A stretch of 64,000 nucleotides of DNA from a virus: IMG/VR virus record IMGVR_UViG_3300050821_010639, positions 64,001 through 128,000 of that record; one strand, given 5' to 3'. Both the position numbers and the translations under genes were made by a program. Below the pieces are notes generated by a model that was given only the letters and a program-made list of their open reading frames with translations, made no database searches and was not told where the DNA came from. This document shows, in pieces, positions 9,750-20,050 of the stretch. Each line of letters begins with the position of its first letter. Positions within the stretch are counted from its first letter, which is position 1.

Positions 9750-10295
9750 TTAGATGCTCCGCAGCTCCGCAGTTGCGTCGGTCAGCAGGTCACCGCACTC
9801 GCGGCAGTACCAGCCCGGCGGCCGGAGCCACGCTGGCCGGCCGCAGTGGTAGGGCATGACCAGGCCAAGGGGCGGGCGGTCAGGGTCGTACGCCCACATC
9901 TCGCGCGCCGGCGTGTGCGTGTGGTAGTACCCGCCGGTGTCAAGGCGGACCTTGAGCGCTACGTACTCGCGGATAGTCCGCTCATACAGCCAGGTGGTCT
10001 CGCAGCGCTTCGCCGACGTCGCCTCGTTGCACAGGTCTCCCAGCCTGGCCAGGTAGGCATACGGGTTAGACATGCCCAGCCAGTTAGCGGCAGGGTCGAA
10101 GAGCGGGGCCAGGTCGACCGCGGGCCCGTAGGTCGTCCCGTCGGCGGCCACCTCGGTAAAGATGTCCTTGGACGCTGGCCCCGCCTCGTGCCCCTCGGCG
10201 TGCATCATCGGGGTACCGCACTCGGTGCACGGGGAAACGGGACGCGTGGCCAGGTGGGCGACCGCTTCGGCGTGCAGCCCGGCTAGCGTGCTCAT
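9750..10295 (-). CDS. Hypothetical zinc-binding protein
   Basis: CTEC, HCG...CREC; overlaps the upstream gene stop. Confidence 0.55.
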   Translation of the reverse strand: MSTLAGLHAEAVAHLATRPVSPCTECGTPMMHAEGHEAGPASKDIFTEVAADGTTYGPAVDLAPLFDPAANWLGMSNPYAYLARLGDLCNEATSAKRCETTWLYERTIREYVALKVRLDTGGYYHTHTPAREMWAYDPDRPPLGLVMPYHCGRPAWLRPPGWYCRECGDLLTDATAELRSI

Positions 10296-10666
10296 GATGA
10301 CAGCTCAGCGTGGTACGCGCTCGCCTGCGGTCCGCGCAGCCCGTGAGCGTCGGCGAACGCCTCGGCCGCCTTGCGGTCGGGCGCGTAGACAGCGGCGGTA
10401 GTGAACATGAAGCACCGCAAGCCGCTAGCCTGGCCGTACCCGCGGAGTAGTCCCAGCGGGTTAAAGCGGGCCAGGGCGGTACCCGGCTCTTGGAAGTCCG
10501 GCCGGTCGTAGTGCGGGATACCGCACAGCTCCCTGTCGTGGCGTATGCCGTTCGCGTGCATCTCGCGCGATACCTCGCGCCTCCGGCCTTCCCAGTCCTC
10601 GCCGTCGCGCGAGGGGTCCGCGGGGTGAACATAGTAAACGGGGGCTGGCCAGTCTCGGATGCTCAT
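10292..10666 (-). CDS. Hypothetical protein
   Basis: ATGA overlap with 10663..10989. Confidence 0.55.
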   Translation of the reverse strand: MSIRDWPAPVYYVHPADPSRDGEDWEGRRREVSREMHANGIRHDRELCGIPHYDRPDFQEPGTALARFNPLGLLRGYGQASGLRCFMFTTAAVYAPDRKAAEAFADAHGLRGPQASAYHAELSS

Positions 10667-10989
10667 GGCCTGGCCTCGAACACGGTCTCGCCCTGCACTG
10701 TCACGTGCAGAGGCACGCAGTCGCCCGCCGACCCGTACATCGCAAACGTGCCCGTCTCGGCCGTCTCCAGGTCCACCGAGACGACTAGCGCCCCGTTCCG
10801 CACGTAGGCGAAGACAAGCGCGCCGGCTACCTGCATGCACGGCTTCTCGTCCTCCTTCATAGCCGGAAGGAACGAAACGCGCTCGTTCATTACCTGCTCA
10901 CGGTTGCAGCGCTGCCATGCCTCGTAGTCAGCGAGGGTGCCGCTGTTCTCGTGCCGCCACGCGGCGTAGGTGAGGGTGGTGTCGTTCAT
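10663..10989 (-). CDS. Hypothetical protein (paralog of 20818..21057)
   Basis: Leader box 10994; KPCMQVAGALVFAYVRNGALVVSVDL resembles RPCLDVEGSKVCAELNEDGVLVVKVHL. Confidence 0.6.
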   Translation of the reverse strand: MNDTTLTYAAWRHENSGTLADYEAWQRCNREQVMNERVSFLPAMKEDEKPCMQVAGALVFAYVRNGALVVSVDLETAETGTFAMYGSAGDCVPLHVTVQGETVFEARP

Positions 10990-11264
10990 TGGGTGCCTGC
11001 CCTTGCTTGGTTGACTGCTGGTAAGTACAGCTTAGGGCATGTCTTGACTTGAGTCAAGTAGCGATTCTTCAATGATGCGCTGCCCTTCGGTCATCTCACC
11101 CGCGGGTGAGGGGGCATGGCGCTTATCCGGGCCGGGGCTGGCGTCGCAATACCACGGGCGCGGGTCATCGCGCTTGCGCGCCCTCCAGGTGCCCGCGCTG
11201 TTGCGCCGAACAGGCTTACCGCAGTAGAGGCAGTCAGCCGTGAGGCTGCTAACCGGCCGGGTCA

Positions 11265-11678
11265 TTACTCAGCCCTCGGGTACGGTGCAAGTCCCCACTG
11301 ATGCGCGTAGAACTGGCCGTCTCGCACGTCATACCAGCCGCTACCGCTTAGCAGGATGCGTGCGGAAACAGCCGAGGTGTCGGCCCACTGGCTACGGCAG
11401 GTCTCGCAAAGCCTCCAGTAATTGGGGTTGTCGCGCAGCGTCTCAGGAGGTAGCTGAGTCAGCTTGTCGATCATGTCGCGCGGGAGCGCTAGCGTGTCGT
11501 CATGGTGCCACAGGTCACCGGACACCCACGTCCACACCCGGCCGAACCTGTCGGTAAACGCGGGGTGCTCGGTCTCTTCGATGGCGCGCAGCTCAGCCCG
11601 TAGCGCGTGCCACTCGGCGAGCATCCCGCGGACCACGCGCACGCCCCCGGCTGCCTGCTCTTGCTCGCTCATGTCCAC
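11265..11678 (-). CDS. Hypothetical protein
   Basis: Operon with neighbours; FTDRFGRVWTW motif. Confidence 0.55.
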   Translation of the reverse strand: MDMSEQEQAAGGVRVVRGMLAEWHALRAELRAIEETEHPAFTDRFGRVWTWVSGDLWHHDDTLALPRDMIDKLTQLPPETLRDNPNYWRLCETCRSQWADTSAVSARILLSGSGWYDVRDGQFYAHQWGLAPYPRAE

Positions 11679-12001
11679 AGCTCAGCTCCCACACATACAG
11701 GCTTGAGCGTCAGGAACAACGCGGTTGCGGGCTGTCCGGCCCCCACGCCGTACAGGCGGATAGTGCCGTCATCGTCCACTTGTACCTGCGAGGCATTCGG
11801 CCACGCGAACGTCGGCCACTCCGCCGACACGACGTCACCAGACGGCAGGACGTAGCCAAGGTAAACAGACGAGCCGGTCACCTTGGCTACCTTGCGTCGG
11901 GTGGTGCCGTAAGCGGGATGGTCGGGACGCGTGATGTAGTGGTTCGTCACGTCATATACCTGGCCCGGCTGCACCAGGCGCTTAACTGCCGTGAGCGTCA
12001 T
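11669..12001 (-). CDS. Hypothetical protein
   Basis: Promoter 12050 and variant leader AAGGGCAAGGG. Confidence 0.6.
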   Translation of the reverse strand: MTLTAVKRLVQPGQVYDVTNHYITRPDHPAYGTTRRKVAKVTGSSVYLGYVLPSGDVVSAEWPTFAWPNASQVQVDDDGTIRLYGVGAGQPATALFLTLKPVCVGAELWT

Positions 12002-12116
12002 TTTTCCCTTGCCCTTCGTTCGGTTGCCTGGTCTCAACATAGTGCATGGCTTGACTTGAGTCAAGACAACGGCCGGCCCCGCCCCGGCGATTACCACGGG
12101 GCGGGGCCGGCCGTGC

Positions 12117-12716
12117 CTAGGAGCTGAGCACCCAGGTAGCAGCCGGGCCCTCGAAGCTCGGCTGCCAGGCCACCGATGCCAGCGCGGTGCCCGGGGGCAC
12201 CTCGAACGACACCCAGCCGCTTACCGTCTGGCCAGGGCCCGCCTCGAACTCGCCGTAACTGAAGTTGGGCCCGTCGGCGACGGTCATGGCCGACGGGGAG
12301 AATTCCGTGGTGTCGCTCCCGGTCGCCGCGGCGTCACTGTTGGCGTCGTCGCTCACCTGGCCGGTTACGCCCGTGATGGTGAACCGCGCCGCGGCCATGT
12401 GGTCGGCCGGGTCGGTCAGCGTCTCGTACTGAGTCAGGCTGGCACGCTGGTCGACCTTGACCAGCGTGACGGTGTAGACGACCGCGTTCCCCTTGTCATC
12501 GGTCGTGGTGACCGTGTAGCTCGTGCCGAGCGGGCCGGTGTTGTCCGGCGTCGCCGGGGCGCTGCTCGCAGGGGCAGCGAGGGTGCTTGCGCTCTGGCTG
12601 CTTGCACGGGTGACGGGCGGAGCCGGGGTCTTGCTGACCGCCGGCCCGCACGCTGCGACAGCGAGAACGGAGGCGCCGGCCAGCAGCGCGCTCGTTACTG
12701 TCTTGGAAAGCCTCAT
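12117..12716 (-). CDS. Lipoprotein, DUF4352-like Ig-fold
   Basis: Signal peptide with lipobox VAAC, Pro/Ala linker, GPGQTVSGWVSFEVP motif. Confidence 0.7.
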   Translation of the reverse strand: MRLSKTVTSALLAGASVLAVAACGPAVSKTPAPPVTRASSQSASTLAAPASSAPATPDNTGPLGTSYTVTTTDDKGNAVVYTVTLVKVDQRASLTQYETLTDPADHMAAARFTITGVTGQVSDDANSDAAATGSDTTEFSPSAMTVADGPNFSYGEFEAGPGQTVSGWVSFEVPPGTALASVAWQPSFEGPAATWVLSS

Positions 12717-12761
12717 GATGGTGTGCCTGCCCTTCAGTTAACGGTGCCTGGTGGTGCGGGG

Positions 12762-13307
12762 TTACTCGCTCAGCGCGCCGGTGCGCGGGTCAGCCGTGAC
12801 CACGGTCAGGCTGTCGTGCCCAACCCGGGCGTAGCTGTCCCCGGCGCCGCCGAGCCGGGCCACGTTGACCCGCAGGCCCTTGTCAGTGAGGACCACGGCC
12901 AGGTCGCCGTCAGCGATCCCGCCCAGCGGCCGGCCCTTGATCGACACCCGTACCAGGGTCCCGCACGCCAGGTGAGCGGGCGTGCCCTTCGCGGCCATGG
13001 CGACGGCCTCGGGAAACTCGGCCGGCAGCACCCTGCGCACCTCGATGGGCATGAGCCCGTCTTCGGTCCTGACGGTAGCGAGGACGTGCGCGCCGTGCTT
13101 CTCGAATTCGGTCACGGGCCCGGTGTGCACGCGACCGATCTTGTCCGTGAACGTCACGCTGTCGCCTACGTGGAAGACGTGGAGCCCGTGACGCGGAAAC
13201 TTGATTCGTGCCTCGGTGACGGGCGCTTCGCCCTCACCGAGCAGCGCCCGGTACTTCGCGCTTGCCTCGGCCGGGGTGTCCCCGTCCCGCCTCGTGCTGT
13301 CTGACAT
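12762..13307 (-). CDS. Hypothetical protein (SH3/KOW-like beta domains)
   Basis: Leader box 13310, promoter 13364. Confidence 0.55.
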   Translation of the reverse strand: MSDSTRRDGDTPAEASAKYRALLGEGEAPVTEARIKFPRHGLHVFHVGDSVTFTDKIGRVHTGPVTEFEKHGAHVLATVRTEDGLMPIEVRRVLPAEFPEAVAMAAKGTPAHLACGTLVRVSIKGRPLGGIADGDLAVVLTDKGLRVNVARLGGAGDSYARVGHDSLTVVTADPRTGALSE

Positions 13308-13442
13308 GGTGCCTGCCCTCTACTCGTTCGGATCGTGCTTACGATGGCCAGCATAGTGCGCACCTTGACTTGAGTCAAGACAGCAGTCAGCCCGGTAGCT
13401 GTCGTAGCTACCGGGCTGACTCAGGCTGTTGACGTGCCTGCC

Positions 13443-13514
13443 CTACTTGCCGTGCCTCGGCTCGTAGCCGGGCTTGCCCTCCGGCTTCTCCTCGCCCTCG
13501 TGGTTTCCGCGCAT
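13443..13514 (-). CDS. 23-aa microprotein MRGNHEGEEKPEGKPGYEPRHGK
   Basis: Strong SD GGAGGTGA just upstream of ATG; too short for the ORF track. Confidence 0.5.
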   Translation of the reverse strand: MRGNHEGEEKPEGKPGYEPRHGK

Positions 13515-13566
13515 GTGCTCACCTCCCCCCGCTGAGTCGTACCCGTGAGCGCTGCGCCCGGCAGCG

Positions 13567-13935
13567 CTAGCCCAGTGCGACAGCTGCCGCGTCGCTAGCC
13601 ACGTCTAGCGCCTCGCTGTAGTCGATAGACTTGACCGCCTGCGCGACCTCTTCGTCGGTGAGCTTGCGCCCGGCGATGCGCTGCAAGTGCCCGCGGGTGA
13701 TACTCCACGCCTCGCGGTCATCCTCCAGCTCAGCCAGCTCATCGCGGGTAAGCCCGCAGACCCGCCAGGCCTCCACCTCTAGGCGGATGTCCGCGTACTC
13801 GTCGGGGTGCGGCGCGCGCACGCAGCCGGACAGCACGCGCTCTAGCTCCTCGTCAGTCGGCTCGTCCTCGCTGCCGTTGACGAACTGCATGGCGTACTTC
13901 ACGCGGCGCGCAGTCAGCGCGGTTGCCCTGGTCAT
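13567..13935 (-). CDS. Hypothetical protein
   Basis: Leader box 13940. Confidence 0.6.
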   Translation of the reverse strand: MTRATALTARRVKYAMQFVNGSEDEPTDEELERVLSGCVRAPHPDEYADIRLEVEAWRVCGLTRDELAELEDDREAWSITRGHLQRIAGRKLTDEEVAQAVKSIDYSEALDVASDAAAVALG

Positions 13936-13949
13936 ATAGTGCCTGCCCT

Positions 13950-14327
13950 TCAGTTGGTTTCGTCGCCAGTAGGCGCGTAGGGGTCGTACTGCCATTCGCG
14001 CGGCTGCTCGCTGTCGGCCACCCGCAGCTTCAGCGCCTGTCCTGCGCAGGACAGGCGCGCCCGCTCGATGTAGGCAGGCAGGCTCGGGTCGACGTTCGCC
14101 CACAGCTCGGCACTGTCTGCGTCCACCAGCTCAGCCGGCTTCACGTAGGGGGCCGCCTCGCGCATTGACCGCGCGTCCGCCTGCCAGGTCCACCACTGCA
14201 CGGCGTACCCCCAGGTCTCCACGCGGTACCAGGCATCGCCCCCGGCCGCGACCACCAGGACCCGCGTCCCGCCCTCGTACGACACGTACGGGCTGGAGAC
14301 GACAGCTCCGTCAGGAAGCGTGCTCAT
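13950..14327 (-). CDS. Hypothetical protein
   Basis: ATGA coupling with the upstream gene. Confidence 0.55.
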   Translation of the reverse strand: MSTLPDGAVVSSPYVSYEGGTRVLVVAAGGDAWYRVETWGYAVQWWTWQADARSMREAAPYVKPAELVDADSAELWANVDPSLPAYIERARLSCAGQALKLRVADSEQPREWQYDPYAPTGDETN

Positions 14328-14548
14328 TGGCGCACCTGACGCGACGCCTCGGTAACAACAGCCTGAGCCGCTTCACAGATTTCCCGTAGCTTGTCCTGCG
14401 AGTAACTACCGGGGCACTCCCGCATGTCCAGGGTGATTGCCTTCAGTGCTGCCAGGGCCGCCGCGGGCTGGTACGCCGGGACGAACCACTCGCCGTCGGC
14501 GCCCAGTACCCGGATCTGTACTTGCAGCTGCTCACCTAGCTTGCTCAT
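14324..14548 (-). CDS. Hypothetical protein
   Basis: Both leader boxes, promoter 14599. Confidence 0.6.
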   Translation of the reverse strand: MSKLGEQLQVQIRVLGADGEWFVPAYQPAAALAALKAITLDMRECPGSYSQDKLREICEAAQAVVTEASRQVRQ

Positions 14549-14658
14549 GACGTGCCTGCCCTTCGTTCGGTTGCCTGGTGCCAACAGTACCCTACGTACT
14601 TGACTCAAGTCAAGACATGAGTAAGGCGGTCAGCCGTTTCCAGCTGACCGCCTTGTCC

Positions 14659-14838
14659 CTACCGAACTCGCTTGCCCCGCAGGTCTGCCGCGTACGCGCG
14701 GCGGGTGCGCCGGCTGTAGCCGGTCTTGATGAGACCCCGCCGGCCGTGGTTCCAGCGGTGCGCCGTGTGCAGCCGGCTGAACGCGTCAACCTCGTCGGCT
14801 CCGCGGGTGGGGCGGGGGTGCATCTTCTCAACGTCCAT
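14659..14838 (-). CDS. 59-aa basic hypothetical protein (MDVEKMHPRP...)
   Basis: Leader box 14842, promoter 14888, terminator hairpin at about 14626-14651; below ORF-track cutoff. Confidence 0.55.
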   Translation of the reverse strand: MDVEKMHPRPTRGADEVDAFSRLHTAHRWNHGRRGLIKTGYSRRTRRAYAADLRGKRVR

Positions 14839-15109
14839 GGGTGCCTGCCCTTCGCTGTGGTGTTGTGCTTACCAGCATAGGTCAGGGCTTGACTTGAGTC
14901 AAGACAGCAGAGCACCCCGGCTGTCCTGGCTAAGGCTGCCGGGGTGCTCTGTAACATCTAGTAGTTTGCCGTCAATCCATAAGCACCACCTCTGTCCGCA
15001 GGGTCGTACCTGAGTTGGCACGAGTCAAGAGGGACCGCCTTCGACGCACACAGCCCGGCCATGTCTAGCTGAGCGAGTGCGCGCCGCGCTGCCGGGTCAT
15101 CAGCAGTGC

Positions 15110-15733
15110 TCATGGTGCCGGCACCTCACTGGCAAGAATGAACGCGTAGCCGCCGGCGATGGCTGCGAAGCGGACACGGAGCACGCGCATCAAAGCCTCG
15201 AACCCGTGCGCCACGTCGGTGGCCTTGTGCCCGTGGTAGGGGTTGACGCTGCCGAACCAGGACGGGTCCAGCCGCGCGCACTCGTTCACGCCGTGCCAGC
15301 TCAGCACGTAGACGTCACTCGCCGACTGGCCCAGGCCGTTGCGGGCGGCGCCGTCAAACTCCACGGTCAGCTTCAGCCCGTGCGGCCCGGCCAGGTAGAC
15401 CGCAGTCCGCCTGGTACCGGGCTGCTCGGACTTGTGCTCAGCGGTCAGCCCGTGCTCACGGGCCAGGTCAACTACCTGCCGGGCCATCTCGGCGCGCTCG
15501 GCCTTGCGCCGCGAGGTCAGCGCAGCCGCGCGCGCCCGCAGGGCCGTGTCACCGCAGGCCCAGCAGCCTCGCGGGCTGCGGGCGTGCACGGTCTCAGCAT
15601 GGCCGCACACCTCGCACGACCGCAGGTGCGGGTGGAGGGCCGTCAGCGAGCGGTGCGCGCCCGAGACGCAGGGGACCGCGCGGCGGCTGGCCGCCGCGCG
15701 GTCCGGGAGAGGGGAGTCAGGCACTGTAGCCAC
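15110..15733 (-). CDS. Hypothetical protein with zinc finger
   Basis: CEVCGH...CWAC; VNPYHGHKAT motif. Confidence 0.55.
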   Translation of the reverse strand: MATVPDSPLPDRAAASRRAVPCVSGAHRSLTALHPHLRSCEVCGHAETVHARSPRGCWACGDTALRARAAALTSRRKAERAEMARQVVDLAREHGLTAEHKSEQPGTRRTAVYLAGPHGLKLTVEFDGAARNGLGQSASDVYVLSWHGVNECARLDPSWFGSVNPYHGHKATDVAHGFEALMRVLRVRFAAIAGGYAFILASEVPAP

Positions 15734-16391
15734 GCCCGGCCACCAGGGCGAGCGTGCACGGCTCGGCGGGCTCGGTCACCGCGGGGACGTACTCCTGTAC
15801 CTGGCCCTCCACCTTGTCGGTGTAGTGCGCCGGCGCGATGACGTGAGTGACCTCAGCCTGTACCAGGGCTGAAACGCGACCGCTCGCGTGGCGGCGGAAC
15901 AGCATGCGCACGTCACCAAAATGGTGGTCGTCGGCAAGCGGGGCGCCCGACGTGTACGACAGCCAGTCCAGCTCATCGGCCATCAGGCCCGCGTGCGTGC
16001 CGTCAGCCAGCTGGTACATCGCCCACAGCCCGGCCTCGTCTCGCGTGTAGACGGGCATCCCGGCCACGCGCACGGGGATACCGGGCTGGTAGCTTTCCCT
16101 GGCCATGTCGGCCATGAAGTTCTCCATCGACGGCGGCTGAGCCGGGATGCCGGCCTCCTGGCCTGTCGCGGGGCGGACGCTGCCGTTCACCTCGTAGGCG
16201 CCCGGCTCAGCCGGGTTCAGGTTGAACTTGCCCAGTAGCGGGGCGACGCGCGACGCGCGAGTCACCCAGTAACGGTTGGTCGCCCACATCTCGCCGGCGT
16301 ACTCGCCCACGAACAATCCGGCGGGGCCGTACTTGGTGCTGTACCCGCGCATGACGCGCTTCTTGATTTCGGTGAAGCTGTTGGGGTCCAT
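15717..16391 (-). CDS. Hypothetical protein
   Basis: Both leader boxes, promoter 16442. Confidence 0.65.
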   Translation of the reverse strand: MDPNSFTEIKKRVMRGYSTKYGPAGLFVGEYAGEMWATNRYWVTRASRVAPLLGKFNLNPAEPGAYEVNGSVRPATGQEAGIPAQPPSMENFMADMARESYQPGIPVRVAGMPVYTRDEAGLWAMYQLADGTHAGLMADELDWLSYTSGAPLADDHHFGDVRMLFRRHASGRVSALVQAEVTHVIAPAHYTDKVEGQVQEYVPAVTEPAEPCTLALVAGRGYSA

Positions 16392-16843
16392 CGTGTGCCT
16401 GCCCTTCGGTTGCCTGCTTACAGGTCCAGCTTAAGGCATCACTTGACTCAAGTCAAGTAGCCCTACGCTTGCCTGCCAGCTCTGCGCGCAACGAGTGATC
16501 ATGAGTGCAGCTCCGGGCAGTCGCCGACGTGCGGCCGGTAGCCGGCCCCATAGCTCTAGCGAGTCCTGCTCAGGAACCGGGTCAACGCAGATCGAGCGGA
16601 ATGAGTTCTCGGTAAAGATCAGCTTCTCCGCCCGCAGCAGCACCCACACCGGCCAGTGCGACCCGTAGCGCAGGTCGGTGTGCCTGTCGTGCTCGCGGTC
16701 ATCGAGCGAGAGCGGGCAGTACGCGAACCAGGACCAGGCGCCCGCCACGGTGCAGTGCGCCCGGTAGGTGCGCCGCAGCTCGGTACAGGGAGGCAGGTCC
16801 GCACCTGCCTCCCTCAGCCGCTTGAGCAGGCGCTCGATCTTGG

Positions 16844-17098
16844 TCACAGCGACGCGGGAGCTGCCGCGTGCGGCAGCTCGGTCAGGAACTCGGCCGGGTA
16901 GTGAGCGCCGCAGCCGCAGAAGACCCCGCCGCAGCCGCAGCGGTCCGGGCCGCCCTCGGGGCGCGCGCCGTGCGGCGCGTGCTCGGTGCAGAACGCCTCT
17001 TCGGCTTGCGCGTGCTCAGGGCGGCCGGCGTCGTATCCGCGCCAAACGACCCCTACCCACTTGCGCTCTACGGTCAGCCCGTCAGCGGTACGGCTCAT
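16844..17098 (-). CDS. Small Cys-rich protein
   Basis: Leader GCAGGCAACCGAGA, promoter 17141. Confidence 0.55.
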   Translation of the reverse strand: MSRTADGLTVERKWVGVVWRGYDAGRPEHAQAEEAFCTEHAPHGARPEGGPDRCGCGGVFCGCGAHYPAEFLTELPHAAAPASL

Positions 17099-17778
17099 GA
17101 TGTGCCCCTCTCGGTTGCCTGCTCCGAGTCTAGGGCATGGCTTGACTCAAGTCAAGAAGTCTGGTGATGTCCCCTGGTGTGCACGTCCACCGCGATGTCG
17201 CCCAGCACGTTGCCGGCGTGCCCGAGCAGCTGCAAGAGCACCGCCGCGAACACCGACACGCAGGGCCGGCAGACCCGCGGCATCCTCGGCTGGCCGTCAG
17301 GCGTCATCACCGGGACGTGCAGCGCGGGCGAGTCCTGGTCGCCGCACAGCGCGCACGCCAGCCCGGGAACCATCATGACCTCGGTCTTGCGGTCGGTCAC
17401 GGCCAGCCCTTCCACTCAGTGGCGATGCTGAGCCTGGCGGCGCCCCTCAGCAGGATGGCCGAGCGCTCCCGGCTGCGCGCGGGCAGGTCCACGTAAGCGA
17501 ACAGCCGAGCGCGGGCCGCCGCCACCAGGCGGACCAGGCCGAGCACGTGCGCCGCGTCCCGGCTGTCCTGCTCGGACATCACCCAGTCGCCCGCGCTGGT
17601 GCCTGACGCCTCGCGCAACAGGCGGGCGAACAGCACCCGGTCGTTGTCGCCCTGGCCGTCGCGCAGCTCTCTCAGCAGGCCCTCGCCGTCGGTACCGTCG
17701 TTCATTTTTCTTAACCCCCCACAGGTCAGGGCGGGTGCCGGCCGGCACCCGCCCTTTACTTCCTACGCCGTGCGGTGG

Positions 17779-18513
17779 TCACCGCGCAGCTTGTTCCGCC
17801 TCAGCCGGCACCACCTGCCAGTAACCATCGGCGTAACCGACCAGGAAAACAGGGCTTCCGGTGACGCTAGCTGACTGAAACCGCTCCGGCCCCAGGCGCG
17901 GGTACTCCTGCGCCCGGCTCACGACCGCCACCACGTGGCCGCGCTGCCGGCGAGTCTGCTCAGCCAGGTACGCTACGGCCTCGCTCCTCGTGAGCCTGCC
18001 CTCGGCACGGCGCTTCTCGTCCGGACCGCGGTACCGCTGCCGGTCAGCTGCTGTCAGGGCCTCCTGCTGCGCAGCCAGGGCGTCATCGAGCGCGCCCTTG
18101 AACGCGGTCACGTCGGTCACGGCGACCTTGCGGATAGGGTCGGCGGGACCGGTCCCGCCGACCAGCAGGACGACGCACTGAGAGCCGTCCGTGGCCACAA
18201 CCAGCTCCGGGGTGAGCTGACGGCCGAACGTGCCCTTTCCCGGCTCAGCCAGCGCGACCTCGGTCACCAGCGACGCCGGCGTGCGCCCGTAGGCACCCGC
18301 GCCAAGGAACTGGTACCCGATGAAGATCCGGTCCGGGTAGTTGTCCAGGTTCAGGAACCAGCCGTCCTGATGCGGCTCAGCGTCGGTGATGACGCCGGTG
18401 TGCTCCGCGTGCAGCGTGCGCGGCCCGCAAGTCGCCTTGATGTAGCGGCGGACCGTCACCCGGTCCCCCGGCCGGGGCTCGTAGGCCCCGGCCTCGCTCT
18501 GCTGAATGCTCAC
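17779..18513 (-). CDS. Hypothetical protein
   Basis: GTGA coupling with 18510..18755. Confidence 0.55.
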   Translation of the reverse strand: MSIQQSEAGAYEPRPGDRVTVRRYIKATCGPRTLHAEHTGVITDAEPHQDGWFLNLDNYPDRIFIGYQFLGAGAYGRTPASLVTEVALAEPGKGTFGRQLTPELVVATDGSQCVVLLVGGTGPADPIRKVAVTDVTAFKGALDDALAAQQEALTAADRQRYRGPDEKRRAEGRLTRSEAVAYLAEQTRRQRGHVVAVVSRAQEYPRLGPERFQSASVTGSPVFLVGYADGYWQVVPAEAEQAAR

Positions 18514-18755
18514 TGGACACCGCCGCGCAGCTCGTTCGCCTTGGCCCGGCACAGGTCCGCCAGCTGGTCAAGCTCAGCGGCGTTCAGGTAGATGTGCTGG
18601 GAGGTGGTGACGCACTCGGGGTTGAGCGTCAGCCGCACCTGGCCGCCGATCTCGGCCCGGCGGACCGCGATGGTCGACTCGTCTTCGGTCACGATGTCGG
18701 CTGACCTGGAGAGGTCTCCGCCCCACGCGTCCCGCATTCCGGGTTCTACTAGCAT
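18510..18755 (-). CDS. Hypothetical protein
   Basis: Both leader boxes, promoter 18806. Confidence 0.6.
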   Translation of the reverse strand: MLVEPGMRDAWGGDLSRSADIVTEDESTIAVRRAEIGGQVRLTLNPECVTTSQHIYLNAAELDQLADLCRAKANELRGGVQ

Positions 18756-18874
18756 CGGGTGCCTGCCCTTCGCTCGGTTGCTGATAGCTCCACTGTAGTG
18801 CATGGCTTGACTTGAGTCAAGAACGTAACGCAGCCCCGAACGGGTGACACGCCCGGGGGCCTCGCGCACTCTCG

Positions 18875-19417
18875 CTAGCCGCGGCGCGGCCGGTAGAAGT
18901 AGTGCGGCACGATGTTCAGCGCGTAGGTGCCGACGAACCTCGGCATGCTGCCGGCCAGCTCCCCGCAGTGCCAGTCAGCGTGCACGGCCAGGCGCTCCCA
19001 CACCTCGCCCCCGGTCCGCAGGCCGACCGGCGCGTCAGGGGGTGCCGGCGCGTCCCACCGTGCGAGGTCGAACGCGTCGAGCGTGTCCAGTGCCTTCATC
19101 ACCGCCAGGCGGAATTGCAGCAGCAGGTACGGCCTCGGGTAAACGTCGCTGCTCACTGCCTTGCTGACGGGGCCGGCCTCGGCCGCGTCCGTGTCGTTGA
19201 ACACCTGGTGGAAATCGCGGCTGAACAGCAGCTGGCCATTGAACCACGAGCTGAACAGGTCAGCGACGCAGGCCAGATGCCCGGTCGTCCAGGCTGCTGA
19301 GAACCCGGTAGCGTTCGCCGCGAAAAACTCCTCCTCGCTAAGCGGCTCCAGCGCGAGCACCAGCCTGTTGCCGGCGCTGTCCATCTGCCGCTCGATGAGC
19401 TGCCTGAGATCCGTCAT
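18875..19417 (-). CDS. DinB/YfiT-like four-helix metal-binding protein
   Basis: SAAWTTGHLA and LAVHADWHCGEL His motifs. Confidence 0.7.
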   Translation of the reverse strand: MTDLRQLIERQMDSAGNRLVLALEPLSEEEFFAANATGFSAAWTTGHLACVADLFSSWFNGQLLFSRDFHQVFNDTDAAEAGPVSKAVSSDVYPRPYLLLQFRLAVMKALDTLDAFDLARWDAPAPPDAPVGLRTGGEVWERLAVHADWHCGELAGSMPRFVGTYALNIVPHYFYRPRRG

Positions 19418-19570
19418 GTGCCTACCTCTCGTTCGTGCCTGCATGACGGAGCCCCCGCGGGTCGCGCTTCGTCCGCGGGGGCTCCTGCCCGCCTTCTCTT
19501 CCTTGGCTCATCGGCCGACCCCTTGGCGGTTTCAGGGGCACCGCCCTAGGAACGGTGCGGAAGCTTGTTG

Positions 19571-20050
19571 TCAGTCGGCGAGGCACACCGGCATCTGGGC
19601 GGGCTGGTTGCCCGGGATGGTCAGCGTGTAGCGGCGGGTGTCGCGGTCGTACCTCGCCGACACAGGGCCGTTGGTCGTCTCCGCAGTCGCCGACAGCGGC
19701 CAGGTGCCGAGCGCCGCGTGCAGCAGCGAGTCAACCAGGCTGGAGGCGATGTAGGCGGAGGTGAGGATGGTGACCGCCTTGTCCCGCGTGACGCTCTCGT
19801 AGGTGACCGGACCCGGGGGAACCTCGCGGTTCCAGCCGCCGATGCGCAGCAGCGCGGCCTCGATGTGCTTGCAGAGGGTCACCGCGATGCCACCGTCGGC
19901 CTCGACCAGCCGGCCACGCCGGTTGATGAAGTCCGCGCAGTCGCAGGACGGAAGGGTGACCGCGTGGGCCGCCGCGCCGTTGCTCTGGCTGCGAACCAGC
20001 GCGGTCGTGGGGTGGACGGTCATGTCGTACATGGCCTTGGCCTGAGCCAT
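19571..20050 (-). CDS. SWIM zinc-finger protein
   Basis: SCDCADF...LCKH; leader box 20054, promoter 20098. Confidence 0.7.
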   Translation of the reverse strand: MAQAKAMYDMTVHPTTALVRSQSNGAAAHAVTLPSCDCADFINRRGRLVEADGGIAVTLCKHIEAALLRIGGWNREVPPGPVTYESVTRDKAVTILTSAYIASSLVDSLLHAALGTWPLSATAETTNGPVSARYDRDTRRYTLTIPGNQPAQMPVCLAD

